DNA of 64,000 nucleotides from Amoebophrya sp. A120 (taxonomy: Eukaryota; Protista; Dinoflagellata), in contig CAJINV010000012.1 of assembly GCA_905178155.1 (NCBI GenBank), positions 1,430,492 through 1,494,491 of the forward strand, read 5' to 3'. The notes beneath the pieces were generated by a model. The model was not told the origin of the DNA. It did not search any database and saw nothing but the letters and a program-made list of their open reading frames with translations. Shown here in pieces: positions 22,669-35,896 of this stretch. Both the position numbers and the translations under genes were made by a program. The first letter of the stretch is position 1. The number at the start of each line of letters is the position of its first letter.

Positions 22669-25589
22669 ATGGCCGTCCAGCCAGCCACCAAATCGTGGTC
22701 GACGGAGACCAGCCAGAAACAGCAGGGGTATTGGGAGGAAGACCGGAACAACAGACTGAGGTCCGCGTTGGAGGCGATAGCAAGCAGCAGCCTCGACCAG
22801 CAGACGTTTCAACTTTTGATTCTGCTACAGGACGAAGTGTTTCTCTCCGACGAGTTCCGCCAAAAAGAGAGATTGTTCGTCCAGAAGTATTATGCACAAT
22901 AACAAATATCGGTCTGGGTCTGGAAATTTGTGTTGCTGAAACTTGCAGTGCAGAGTGCCGGCATGTAGTAGTACTTGGTAGAATTCTAGCATGACAAGTT
23001 CTTATTCTTATTCTCGGCTGCTTGCCGAAAATTCACTCCTCGCGTTCTTTAGTTCATGACAAAAAGAAAATTGAGGATGACAAAAAAGCTGGCGACTCGG
23101 CGCATTTAGATGTCATCACAGATCTAGTTGGCTCTGAACTCTTGCATGACATCAAATCCGGACCCAGATCTTCGATATTTGCGGTGCATAAGTACAGGAA
23201 AGAGCTTCTAGCGTTAGAGGGAGGCGAGGACATGGATCTAGTTCGTCCAGACCACGAAGATCATGGAGACAATAATCAAAAGACGGGCATCAACATCAAC
23301 ATCGATGCCGCGGGAGCACAACAACTGTTTGAGGAATACCAGCAGCTCTTCAAGAAGGTCGCGGAAGAAAGGTTAACCGGAAACAACGCCCCCGACCACA
23401 TTGCGCTCAGCGAGAAACAGCAGCTGCTCTCGATCACGCAAAAACCGTCTGCGTTTCTGAACCGGTATCCTGAGGAAAAACGTCCCCACCCCATAGTCAA
23501 ATTGGTAAATCTGCAACACAAATCGCCACGCTTTGGGAGTTGCGCATGACAAGTTTCCGTCTGTGGTATAGTAGTGGTTAGCAAGGCAAGCCGCATAAGA
23601 AAACCAATTTCTCATCCTGTTTACAGCATTACAAATGCCAAATCTCGATTGGAAACGCCTCTCATGGGGATGCGCATTACAAATGTTCCCGTCATCGCGC
23701 ATTTGCATTACAACTCTGGGGTGGGGACGTTTTTGCTAAGCATAACCGGGCCCGGATGCTTTTAGATAAAAGTGTAGCCTTCCAGTCCGAATTTCAAGTC
23801 GCGTTTTCCCTCCTGGAAGCCTTGTCCCGGGTGAAAAACTTCCGGCAGGTATTGCAGCGGCTGGCCCGCACCACGGAGATGGTCCAGGACATCGTGCAGG
23901 GAAAGGATGCCGACCAGCAACTGGAGGTGCTGCGTTTGATGGCGGCCGTGCAGGTAAAAGTCCTGCCGGAATACGAGAAAAGCATGAAGGCGGAAATCGA
24001 GCAGCGGTTTGCCAGGTACTAGAATGGTGCAACTGAGACCTAGCTGAACCGTCAAGCATCGTCTACATGTTCTTGTAATTGTGCTGCACCACGAGCACGA
24101 CAAGATTCTTTTTCATGTTTCACAGCGTACGCGTAGAAGGGCATGCTTATACATAGAAGCCACTGCGGATTGTACAACATTGACACGATGCGTCCACCTA
24201 GTACAACTCGGTATGATCCAATAAAATGAATAAGGTATCGCAAGCTCCTTGGGGCCGCGTCGACAACATCTACAGCGTCTCCTGAGTGGGAAGTTTTGGC
24301 TTTCACTCCCGAGATCCACATCTCTGTCACCTACGACGAGGACACCCGGAAGTCTTTGATTCGCACGGTGATGCGGCTGCAGAACTTCAACCTCCGCGAG
24401 GCGCTGGACTGCTTCGGCAACCTCTCCGCGGAGAGGACCAGCTGGGACCAAAAGTGGGATAAAAACAACCAGGAGTACCTAGTAAACCGGTCGGGGAAAA
24501 AGCAAGAGGCGCTGGAAGAGTTGTTTAAACCCCATTTAACGAAAGTCCTGAAGGTAGGGAAAACCTGCGTCCGGGGGGAGCGGTTCGCTTTGGTTCACTT
24601 GAACGCCTTCCCGACTTGGATGAAGTGGCTCATTGGAATCCCAGAGACGGTGACGGTCCGGAATATTATGAACCCGATTTTTCAACAGCAGCAGGCGGAA
24701 ATAGCTGCAACTACAACTCCGCCCATTTGCGGCATGGCCTACGCGGCGTGCTCTTGGGATATCGAACAGGACGAGCCCCTTCCGGATGGGGCCGCGTTCA
24801 AAACTGTGAAAGCCGGCTGTTTGCGGAAAGATCCGTACGACAAAAACAGTTGCTATGTTATCATTTGTAAAAACGTCCCCACACCAGGGTCACGTTGGGA
24901 ATCTAGCAACACAAATCTCCATGTTTTGGGAGCTATGCATGACAAGTTTCCCTCTGCAGTGTAGTGCTGGTTGGCAAGGGAAGCCGCATGAGAAAGCTAC
25001 TCCCTGATCCTGTTTACAGCATTACAAAGACCAAAACACGACTAAAAACACGTCTCATGGAGCTGCGCATTACAAATGTTCCTGTTATTGCGCATTTGCA
25101 TGACAACTCTGGGGTGGGGACGTTTTTACTCAGGATAAATGTGGTGGATTACACGGAGACAGATTCACTGACCTGGGTGCCAAACTGGGTGCTGGCGAAG
25201 GCGCTGGAGGGGTTCGGTATGGCGCATCTGAACGAAATGTTGAATCTGTACAGGGAGCGGAAATATCAATTGCAAATTTGTTTTAGGTCTGACGATCAAC
25301 ATATGGAAAGAACAAAGAACTTGTGTCATGCGCTACTACATACAAGTACTGCTGATTGATGTACTAGGTCGGGCAATCAAGTATGCGAAGTGTCGTGCAC
25401 TACAAGATGCCGTGTGTTTGTATGAGAAACAAAAGTATTTTTGTGGGCATAAGTAAAGAGATTGATAGATGATTTTGACTTACCGAGAACACGCGAATCC
25501 AAGTCTTTCCAGTGGTTCAGACCCATTTGTTTGCCGTTGATAGCAAGTCGAGAGAACAAATTGCGCCAGGTGGAGCAGGGGGAAAGTGA
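22669..25589 (+). CDS. Multi-exon protein with probable C-terminal START/SRPBCC-like lipid-binding domain
   Basis: Frame restored by removing TIR elements 22891, 23466, 24859 and 25264 plus GT-AG intron 24016-24234. RTSWDQKW and DSLTWVPNWVLAKA motifs resemble START domains (domain call by eye). Confidence 0.55.
22891..23190. mobile_element. TIR introner family A-like
   Basis: TATGCAC...CAAATATCGGTCTGGGTCTGGA / TCCGGACCCAGATCTTCGATATTTGCGGTGCATA; TSD agtat/agtac. Confidence 0.85.
23466..23744. mobile_element. TIR introner family B
   Basis: TATCCTGAGGAAAAACGTCCCCACCCC...GGGGTGGGGACGTTTTTGCTAAGCATA; TSD accgg/accgg. Confidence 0.93.
24859..25137. mobile_element. TIR introner family B
   Basis: Family B TIRs; TSD tatgt/aatgt. 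Confidence 0.92.
25264..25542. mobile_element. Degenerate A-like TIR introner
   Basis: TATCAATTGCAAATTTGTTTTAGGTCTGA...TCAGACCCATTTGTTTGCCGTTGATA; flanks ggaaa/gcaag. Confidence 0.62.
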
Positions 25590-26282
25590 CAACTACTCGA
25601 ATGCGGAAATAAACAACTCAGGGGCCGCCACTCGTCAGCGCGGCTTCATCTGTACACAATTCCACCGCCGGACTTCTAAAAATGGCTGGTCACGTCGTTT
25701 TTTTGGACGCCTTTTTATCTGCTTTCCGTTTTCTCGCATCAGCTCGTGCAATGACGGCGTCTGATCATGAGTGATGTTTCTGTAAGCCGGAAGTTCTATT
25801 ATGATATTTTGTGCTGTCGTGCTACCAGTCCTGTCCGTCTCAGTCTCTGGACAGAACAAGTGGTTTTCGGATTTTATCCGATAAAAGAGATCCTCTTTCC
25901 CATGAAACCGATGCTACAATCATTTACCCATTCTTGTGCAAGAAGAAGAATCAGATGCGTGGTTTCTATTTCGTACGACATCTTCACTTCAGTCCGGAAA
26001 AAGAAACGAAACGCCCTCTCCCTCTCGGCAAGAACCTGACGGAGCAAATTTTTTGATAAACAAGCGTGTTCGACGTGGTCGTGGAGCCCCCAGGGGATTT
26101 AGGGGCGCTTTATTTTTCTCGTATGCACCTACTTACAACAACCATCGGAATTGGTCTTTTTCTTGAGTGGTCACCCCTTCGCGGGCGGTTTTCATTTCAA
26201 ATCTTACTTTGACATTTTTCTATAAGCGAATAATATAATTCCAAAGATCATACATTGATTCGGTTTCGATTTCGGAGTAAAG

Positions 26283-28956
26283 ATGGCGCCACGCGGCAAG
26301 AATGCGTACTCATTTCGTCGTTCTCTGCTCTACTTCGCAGGAGCTGTTGCTTCTGCACCGGACGCAATTTACTCCCTTCGTTTGCAGCACGGGGGGACAG
26401 ATTCCCCCTTCGGTGAGGAGTATGGAATGCAAAAGTGTCTGGGTCTGGAAGATTCTAAACTTGTAATGCTTTCTCTGGATTCTAAAAAAATTTGTATTGC
26501 ATGACCAGCAAAAGGACTCCAGTTTGTGCTACGTGGAGAGGGCATTTCTCATGCGGTAGAGGCATCACAAAGTACTCTACAAATCTGTGATGCTTGGGCA
26601 TGCATCACAGACATCATGGATCATTCAAAATATGCATGACAAACCCGGCAATCTTCCAGACCCAGACACTTTTACATTTGATAAGGAGCCCAAGGAGCTG
26701 AAACTGTTTGCGAATAACAAGCAACGGGAGAAATTAGCGGACAAATTGGAAGAGCAGGTCCACTATGCATTGCAAAAGCATCGTACTAGTAGAAATCGCA
26801 TCACAAATTCGGTCAGCATGACAAATGGACCTTGTCATGCTGTTTTACCTTGGAATGAAGATTTGTGATGCCTGGTTGCGATTAATACCAGTACGATACT
26901 TGTGCACAGGATATCCACGCGCAGACGTCTTTGTACAACCGGGGCTTTTATCCATTGCAAATTATATCGATCCGTGAGGTCTGCATGAGTCCAGAAGTTT
27001 GTCATGCAGACTTCGGATACTCCGCGAGGTCTGCAATGCAGGGCACTATAGCATCACAGGTTTCATCATCGCAATGGCTTTGCAATGCGTATTCCGCATG
27101 AAGATGAAGAACAATGCCATTTCAGCATGGCCCAACATGTTGGGCACCTTGTGCTACTCGCCCAAGACAAATTTTTGTGTTACCTGCAGCGTGCATCACA
27201 AGTTGCAACCCTCCAGACCAAGACATGTTTGCAATGCACAGCTTTCACATCAGCAGCGAATTCGTCAACGACGAGAAAAACGACGATATCGTGAGTAAAA
27301 ACGTCCCCACACCAGAGTTGTAATGCAAATCTGCATGCTGAAAATGTTTCTCATGCGGAGACCCATGAGAAGCAGTCTCTAGTCGTGTTGTGGGATTTGT
27401 GATGCTAGAATCAGCATGATATGCTAGATCTGTGATGCTGCTGAACAAGCTAAACAGGATTACACTGCGAGGCCAAACTTGTCATGCGCAGCAGCAAAAG
27501 CTGACAAATTTGTCTAGCAGATTTCCCAGCTTGACTCTGGTGTGGGGACGTTTTTACTCAGGATAGACGACCAAGAATGGCGCAAGGTGAAGTCAAACGC
27601 TAATTTGAAAGCCTTGTTGCAACAGCGGCAGCAGGATGGCACATCGGACAAGAAACCAGTTACCACGGATGATTTGAACAAGCAGATCCAGATGCAACGG
27701 TCCGCTAAGGTGGACATCCACACGCCTTTCGCCGTAAACGAGAAGAAGGAAAAATCGGTATCAACAGGAAAAATGCCCCCACCCCAGAACTTAGCAGCAT
27801 TTGTATTGCAAACCTTTCCAATGGAAACATTCCCCGTCTTGCATATATCAGCATCACAAATTTTTTATGCTGAATGGCTCAGAAATTTGTGTTGCAAAGG
27901 AGCCCAACGGCAGCCGGATCTGTTATGCAAAAGATGCCTTGCGCAGCTAGATTCTGCATCAGAAATGCTCGTAGTCCTGTCGCGCAAGACAAGAGTCGTT
28001 CATTTGGAAACTTTGCATGAGAAAGTTTTGCAAATTGCGGATTGGGGGCATTTTTCATTGCAATAATCGGAGTGGAAAAAGGTGAAAGCGCAAACCAAGG
28101 TGCGGGCGCGGGGGGAGAAAATGAAGGTGAGTAACATCCCCGCGTCTCTGTTGCAAATGAAGTTTACTTCTACAAAGAAGAAGTCAGAACAAAAGAATAT
28201 CAACGACAAGCTGCTTCGGGACTGGGATTCTGCTTTTGACGCAGGAGACTCTGCTACAACTTCTTCAAAATCGACTGACGCTACCACTTCCACGACTGCT
28301 GCCTCTGTTGAGGACACCAGCAGTTCTTCGCTGACCTCCGGGGAAGACGCGATGGCGAGGTAAATTGTATATGACAGTGCACAACTCCCCCTCTCCCTCG
28401 TTTGTCATGCAAAATCCCAAATCCAGTCGCTGCCCTGTGGCACTGTTTGCATGACAAATTTCGAAAGCCCGAAACAGTACTCCATTAGGCACATCAATTT
28501 GTCATGCACAGGCTCCAGTGTCGCTGGCGTTCGTAGATGCACTTCATGCAATACAAATGAGGGAAAGGGGGAGTTGGGCACTGTCATATTGTAGAGTGAA
28601 CATCATGAAAAAATAGAACGGCTTGCAGGTCCATCGCGCTGCGGAAATAAAATGCATTCGTTTCAACGCCCGGCAGAACTGATGCAAAAGCAAAAATATG
28701 TCAACAATTATGATTGTGAAATTTTGATCCAAGGTACATGCGTGAGTTTCACGTGGAGGAGAAGGCGCGGCAGGAGCAGCAAACCCAAAGCCCCGGCGCG
28801 GCCCGAAACGCGGAAAAGACCTTCGATTTCGGGACGTCAGCGCACGCATCCGGCTTCTCCGCCTTCGAGCCCGCGAGCAGTGGAGAAGATACCGGCGCCA
28901 CGTCGGTCATTTCCATTCCCCTCAACTCCCAGTTGCAGATCTCGGAGTCCTCGTGA
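26283..28956 (+). CDS. Multi-exon hypothetical protein with possible N-terminal signal
   Basis: Five TIR introns with perfect TSDs (26421, 26764, 26949, 27287, 27759) and GT-AG intron 28360-28733 give one frame, MAPRGKNAY...LQISESS*. Confidence 0.75.
26421..26683. mobile_element. TIR introner family A
   Basis: Family A TIRs; TSD aggag/aggag. Confidence 0.93.
26764..26913. mobile_element. TIR introner family G (opposite orientation to 43690)
   Basis: TATGCATTGCAAAAGCATCGTACT...AGTACGATACTTGTGCACAGGATA; TSD tccac/tccac. Confidence 0.92.
26949..27240. mobile_element. TIR introner family A
   Basis: Right end mutated to ACA; TSD gcttt/gcttt. Confidence 0.85.
27287..27565. mobile_element. TIR introner family B (opposite orientation to 23466)
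   Basis: Family B TIRs; TSD gacga/gacga. Confidence 0.93.
27759..28065. mobile_element. TIR introner family F
   Basis: TATCAACAGGAAAAATGCCCCC...GGGGGCATTTTTCATTGCAATA; TSD atcgg/atcgg. Confidence 0.92.
28370..28588. mobile_element. TIR element family D nested inside a GT-AG intron
   Basis: Family D TIRs, reverse orientation to 10015; TSD ttgta/ttgta. Confidence 0.92.
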
Positions 28957-29754
28957 GGAAGCGTCGTGGGAAGGAGGTTTCTCATATACAAAAGGGTTGA
29001 AAGACGACGTCGCCGCTGGTGCTACAAGAAACTCTATAGTTGAACTAGGATAATTTTTGTTTTCCTGTCGTGTCCTCGGTTTGATCGAGATTTCAGTGTG
29101 AAGGAGTCTCCATTTTTTCCAAACCTAGTACGGTCATGTTGATGCAAAGCAGAAAGCGAATCTCGAAAGAACATGCGTTGCGCACCAGACTGGTAGAAGC
29201 AGTACTAGAGCTGCCCAGCAAGAGAAGTGGGCCTATTTCTGTTCGATTTCGCGGCAGCATCTGTGCGGTAGGACGATCTCCGATCTCAACATTTAGGACT
29301 TGCAACCCGGCAATAAGAATGAAGACAGATCTACACCTTCCTTTACTTTGACACTTTTGTCGGTTCATTCACTCAATTTTTTTTCTGAACGAAACTCTCT
29401 CCGAAAAGATCCCAGTCTGGTGGTCGTGTGTCGCCGTATAATGCACTACATTCTAGATCCTTTCCGAAGTGGTCTACTGCTTTTAGGTATTTGCTTTTTT
29501 GAAAAGGACTTTGCTGCCGTCTCTTCTGTTGATCACATTTGAGTTTCACACTGAATAAGAATATGCTCTACGGCCACGTGATGAGCGCCGCCCTACTAAC
29601 TTCCTAGGGGGCACGGCATAAAACTTTGTGATCACGGCTTCTTGAGCTAGAGAAAGACTGGCGCTACGGACCTCCACCTTTGGAGCAACTTTAGATTTAC
29701 TGATAGTCTTTTTGTACTGATCGGGAGAACACAATCGCTATCTGAATTTGAACC

Positions 29755-32553
29755 ATGGCGCATCAGCTTCCGTTGCAGGTGCTAGCGCGCACCGGTACTA
29801 CTACTTCCGCCGGTAGTTGCAACATTCCGCGCCTCCTTTTTACCCGGCTGCAGCAGGGCGGGGCAACGTCGTCTTCATGTCGAACAACCACAGGGAGGAA
29901 TTTTGGAACCGCACCAACGAGCGTCCTCGGGAGCAATGCGAGCCCTTCGGTCGTCAGCAATACAACGAACAGAAGTTGTAGGTCATCTCTATGCCGTGCT
30001 ACTTCTTCTTGTTCTGGATCAAAAGCAACTAGCGGGCTGGCACGACAAGTTCGAAGTGTTGCAACTACGAGCGAAGGAAATTGTACGAGCCAGACGAAAA
30101 TAAATTCGTCGTCATCCTGTGCAGCTACTGTGATTCGTGGAAACTTCAAGCGCCGACCTTCCTTTCCTACTCCAGTACCGGCACAAGGCAGAAGTGCAGC
30201 TCTTGAAAAATCTTTGTCTGCACTGGGCTACAATATCACGAAAAACTTCACTTTATTTCCCCGTCAACTCCGACCCTTCTCCATAGCAACGGCCGCACCG
30301 GATGCGAGTGCCGCAGGGTCCTTTTCACACGCCGCGTTCTCGTCGCAAAGTGAGGGGGGCGGGAATTCTTCGAGTGCGGGAGCTGCAGCTTCGGAGGCAA
30401 ATAGCAGCAGCAGTTCCTCTTCTACGAATTCTGCCACAGCGGGAACACAGGCACGGAAGAAGCGTGGTATAATTGCAGAGTTTTCAGTCTCACAAAGAAG
30501 GTTGTTCCTGGTGCTCGTGTGAGAGAAAGCACCACAAAGGTGGTGCGTAAGTAGTTGCTCGCAGTTCGTCGTATTTTTGCACCGATAAACTATCAAAGAA
30601 GCTTGTACAACTCTCCTTGCGTTTTTGCGCCATGTCTATTCTTCATGCACACACATCAACTTCTTTGTCTTTCCTAGGTAAGTCTAACGGCTTTGGTAGT
30701 TCCGCGCTTTTCCTCCTTGGCTGCTCTGGAGCGGCACTGGGGATAGTGTATCAGGTACTTATTTTTGCTTTGTCCTAGTACTTCGCATGATAGTCAGTTC
30801 CGCATGACAAATTATGGTTTATTTTCATATCCGCATGACAAATGTGTAGTACACAAAATGAAAATAGCAAGCACTCCGCTATCAGGACGAGATTTTGACA
30901 AAGATGGAAGCTTACGGCTTGACGCTGGACGAAAACATCTTCGACGAGTTTAACCACCACAGCCGGGAGTTTTTCATGCGGATTGGGGACATGCTGGTGC
31001 CCCCACCGGCGGAGCCCTGGTTGCTGGACTTCGAAACGCTGAAGTACCCCCCGCACTTGCCAACTCTCGTGATCGATTTGGACAAAACGGTCTGTAAGCT
31101 GGAATACGACCGGAAAGCTGGGTGGCAGGTATACATAATCGACTAGGGGGTTTCTTGTGTGCGTTTTTTGCGGTGTCGAACTTGAATTTTTCTTTTTGCA
31201 AGCTGGTTGCTATGCAATACGAACTGATGCGCGCTCCCTGCGCACTGCAAAAAATGAATACGTACAGGTCGTCAAGCGCCCACATGCGGACAAATTTTTC
31301 AATGAGCTGCAGCACTACTACGAAATTGTTGTCTTCTCTGACGACGTTTTTCCGGTTGCAGGGGATGTGATGCAACGCTGGGGAGTCCCGGTAGAGATTT
31401 TTTAAGCCGTTTACTTCTAGCTACTTCATTCTCGACGATACTTAGCAGGAGAAAGAAGGAATCAATCTAAAGAGATCACAGAAGGACATTGGTGTAACAA
31501 GTACAAAAGATCCAGATCCTGCGATGTGCTGCGACATTCGCGCCAGTACTACAATATCTCTACGCATGATGACAAATTACTACCTTTTGTAGACTGATCG
31601 CTTTTTGGTTCTACTTTTCTCCTGCACAGCCTGTTCGTCTGTTTGCGCGGTAGTACTCACTGTGCATGGCAGATGTGCTGTCTGTTTGCTGGGGTGAAAG
31701 CTGGAATCGGAAGCGATTTGATCTGAACACACCGGCGAAAATTTTTGTCTGAAAGAACAAAGTGTAGCTTTTTCCTGGATTTATATCAACTATAATTGCG
31801 TCGCAAGTGTGGCAAATTGAAATTTCTTCGGCTTGTTCCCTGTTCTGCAAGATTGCAAAGTGTTCTTGACATCCACCAAATCCAACCACAGGTCGGTGGC
31901 GTTTTGCACCGTGAGTTCTGCACCCGGTACTACAAGCACTTCCGCAAGGACATTGGAAAACTTGGGCGAAACCTGGAGCGCGTAATCCACATTGACCATG
32001 ACCCTATTGCCGTGGAAAAGCACAAGGAATATCCTGAGCAAAAACGTCCCCATCCCATAGTCAAGTTGCTAAATCTGCAACACAATTTTCCAGCTTTTAT
32101 TAGCTAGGGAAACCGCATGAGAAAGCCATTTTCTCACCCTGTTTACGGCGTCACAAATTCCAAAACACAACTGGAAACACCTATCATGGAGATGCGCATT
32201 ACAAATGTTCCTGTCATGGTCGCGCATTTGAATGACAGCTGGGCGGGTGGGACGTCTTTACACAGGATAAGGAAAATGCTATTGTCATCCCCGAGTTTAA
32301 GGGCCTCGGCGACGGGTCGGACCCCGAGGACACGGCTCTACTGGATTTGATCGACTTTCTCAAAGCTGCCATGCACCAAAACGACGTGCGAGAATTCCTC
32401 AAACGCTATGGCGGGGACGCGGACGTTGGGCGGCGGTACGCTCTGGAAAAACAGGAGCGCGAGCAGCTGGTTGCTCGGCGGCGATCGGCGTTCAACTTTG
32501 GCGGCGGGGGCATGGCGAGGACGCGGACAGACCCAACGGGGCGGAGGTTTTGA
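29755..32553 (+). CDS. TIM50: Mitochondrial import inner membrane translocase subunit TIM50 (NIF/FCP1-like domain)
   Basis: Ser/Arg-rich presequence, one TM segment (ALFLLGCSGAALGIVY), then PTLVIDLDKT...GWQVVKRPHADKFF...YEIVVFS...KDIGKLGRNLERVIHID...ENAIVIPEFKG...DTALLDLIDFL. GT-AG introns 30467-30677, 30755-30885, 31129-31267 and 31391-31891; TIR intron 32030-32269. Confidence 0.9.
32030..32269. mobile_element. TIR introner family B (internal deletion) in TIM50
   Basis: TSD aggaa/aggaa; join gives KHKENAIVIP. Confidence 0.93.
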
Positions 32554-33139
32554 GATGCAGAAAGTAGTTGTGATGGTGCGATAGGATGATCCAGAAGATT
32601 GAAGTATTCAAAAACGAACAGTTTCACTCTAGTGGTTTAAGTGGATTTTATCACGTACTTCTAAAATGTAGTGCGACATGCTCGAGGAAGCTGACAAGTC
32701 AGTGAAGTAAGTTTCCAGTTCTTGACAAATGGACAACGGCCGACCAGGAAAACGTCTACAAGTAGAACTACACAAAGTGAAGACAACAAGGCTCGAGTCA
32801 TGACGAAAAGCGACAAAGCACCTCTATTTCGACGGCAGATCCTGCAAGACGGTTTATTCCGATTCCGTTTTCGTGCGGCTGGGAGGAAAGTTTGACTTTT
32901 TCAATTCGCACGTGTGTGATCTTCGCTCCGCCCTGGATGTTGCCGGTTGATGAAAAGATTCAGAAGATCACGGTATTCTTTCACGAGGCAGAACCAGAAT
33001 AGAAAGCTCAAGGTTTTCGAGTGTTGACGTAGTAAGGAGTACTTGTTTGTCGTTAATTCGCCGCTGGTCCAAAAAGAAAGACCCCGTTAATTTCGATTTC
33101 CCCGAAGATTCCGATTCATTTTCATTTCAATGAAACAAG

Positions 33140-35896
33140 ATGCCCCACGTCCCGTCCCACTCGTCCTGCTCGGTCCGTTTGTCCGGCGAAACAGGGAGAG
33201 TAAAAACTGCTACCAGAATTGCTTCGTCGAGCTGCTTACAGCTGCACTTTTGCCGGACCACGACAGAATCGCTTCGGAATTGCACCGCCCAAACTCGCAG
33301 CATCACCACCGACGGTCCCTTCCGACACAAAAACGCGGGCCGCGGACTGGGGCGCGCGCCGAAGCGCAAGCACTACGACCGAATTCTGGTTCACGCGGAC
33401 ACGCAGACGCTGCTCAAAACCGCACTGAACGTAGTGAAAAACGAGATTAGCCTCGCGAAACAGTCCCGAACTGCAAACAGTTCTTCTAGTAGGCTCATCG
33501 CCCACCGGTTCGTGCGCCCGCTTACCGCGCCGGCGTTTTGGGAGGTGTTTTCGAAACGGGTGAAGGTGTCGCTGCACTTGATGAGCATCCGGGAGTTGCA
33601 TTTAGTTCTGAAAGCGTTTGAGATCTCGAGGAAAGACTACGACGTGTTTTCTAGTATTGCGGTGCACGTTGCAAATTTCCGGCTCGCAAACTTCTCCGAC
33701 TACAACTCCTTTGTGAGTGGGTGTAACGCGGTGAGGAACGAGAATTTGCGGCACAGCACTTTGGTCAGCCCAGGGATGAATTACCAGGAGAGGAGGAAGA
33801 ACTCGTGGCCGTGTTTTGTGTTGATCGACTTGGTCCGGATGTTTGGAAAGAAAGACAACTACCAATCGTTCGTTTTACAGCTGGTTCAACAGTTTCTTTA
33901 CAGCGGGTTGTCCGGAAGTAACGCGAAACAGGTACTGTCGGTACTTTTCTGGATGAAAAAATGCGGGTTGATGGATGACATCGTTTCCGAGGTAGAGGGA
34001 GCAGAAGCGGAACAAGAAGAGTCTTTCGATAGTGCGGCTAAGAACTGCGGCAGCGTGGTTTTGCGGTGTTGCGCGAAAATTTCCCGGTATGACTTGCTCA
34101 AATCGGTTACCATCTCAAACGTTACAAAAGAGTCTGGAATTTGTGCTGTGCATGATGAGCATGACAGACTCGCACAGTGTTCCGCCTTTTGCAATACAAA
34201 TTTCGCCAGATTGTTGAAGTGGGGTTTGGGGCTCCGGAACTTGTCATGCGCAATCCTATGAGACGAGTTGGCTAAATCTTGCACTCTTGCATCACAGATT
34301 TCCGTATTCTATTGCAACGTTTGAGATTGTAACAGCTGAGCAGGTTATACCCGGGACTTCGAGAATTTGGAACAGGTGGTGGAAATGCTGGAGATAATAG
34401 GGACGGGGATGCTATCAAATGTAAAAATGTCTGGGTCTGGAAGGATGTAACCTGTGATGCGCATTTCGGAACACACAAAAATCTCTCATGCATAGGTAGC
34501 AAAAGCTGCTCACTTTCTGTCACCAAAATGGGGGATTTGTCATGCGGGTTCGGCATTGCGGAAGCTTCTCGAAACCTGTGATGCTAAAGCTTCCATGCCA
34601 GACCTTCTGTGTCATGCAGAAACAGCATGACTCTTCCAGACCCAGACATTTTTACAGTTGATAGATGCTGGGTACTAGCGATAGGAATCATGCAAATGAT
34701 CAAGATCATGATAGTACCACCGTGATTGAAGATGATGATATTGTTCTCCGTGCTGCTGTTCCTGATGATGTTACATCCATGGAGGGGGCCTCCACACGAC
34801 AAATAAACGGGACGAGCGCAGGAAGCAGTGATATTAAAGAAGACCTTCACGACGCTCCTGTTGGAGTAACAAGTACTACCACCGCCCCACAAACGGAAGG
34901 CGAAGGTCCTCCTTCTCCTTCTCCCGGCCGATATCGTAAGGAAAAATCCCCCCTCCCCCTATTGAAAAGGTATGTTTCCGAAAATTTGTGTTGCTGATTT
35001 GAGGGCACAAATCACATTTGTCTTGCCAAAAGACAAGGGCGAGTCTTCCGCTCCATTACGGAAGCGATTTGTCATGCTGTTGGGCCTAAAGGGGAGCCGT
35101 TTGCTATGCTGAGCAACTAGACCCATACGCCCCTACCTAGCCTGGGGATCTGGCCGCAATGCTGCCCTGCAATACGCAGCTCATTTGTGTACACAGATCC
35201 AGCATCAGAAATTCCGTTTTGATATGGGGAGGGGGGATTTTTCCTTTCGATAGCCGAGTCGCGTTTTTCGAAACTCTCGCGGAGGAGATCGAAGATCAAT
35301 TGGCGGAGCGACTGGAAACCGAATTTGATGCTGAGCATTGTTCGGAAACACAAACAACTCGGGATGAAACAAGTGATTCTTTCTCCTTCCATCGTGATGT
35401 TGAACAAGAACATGATAATGCAGCCCAAAACTGTCGTGCGAAAAAAACAGCCACAGCCTGGCGGATGCTGCAGGGATTTTTGAAGCTGCAGATTCTGCCT
35501 CCGAAGAAAGTTTTGGAGGTTTTAAAGCCGCAATTCGAACGAAGGATGATGGCGGAAGGAGGAAGTGGAGATTATGATTTGAGAACGGATGATGAGCGGG
35601 AGCAAGGCTTTGATGCAGCAGCAGAGCAGGACTACTTCGACGAGAGGACGGCAGGGGCGGATTTTCACCCACAGCAGACGTCGACGGCATCCTACGATCA
35701 GGACAGCAGAAGTGGTGCTGCGCCTTTTGAAGCCGAAAGCAACGCTGACAGCAGAAATACTGCTGGCTTCGCGACAAAGGAGTATAATGCGAAGAACAGC
35801 ACATCAGCTGCGTCACCAGCACGCGATCATGATATTGACCTCAACACCCTCTCAGCTGTTTACGCTGAGGCCGGAATGCCATTCAGATGCACATAG
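33140..35896 (+). CDS. Hypothetical protein, possibly an organellar helical-repeat (HPR/FAST-like) RNA-binding protein
   Basis: ORFs 33140+, 34665+ and 35159+ are joined across TIR elements 34413 and 34932; the junction near 34107-34339 is less certain. FWEVFSKRVKVSLHLMSIRELHLVLKAF resembles alveolate helical repeats (weak). Confidence 0.5.
34107..34332. mobile_element. Degenerate TIR introner
   Basis: TTACCATCTCAAACGTTACAA...TTGCAACGTTTGAGATTGTAA inverted repeat; termini and TSD decayed. Confidence 0.6.
34413..34663. mobile_element. TIR introner family A
   Basis: Family A TIRs; TSD gatgc/gatgc. Confidence 0.93.
34932..35252. mobile_element. TIR introner family C
   Basis: Family C TIRs; TSD gccga/gccga. 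Confidence 0.93.
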
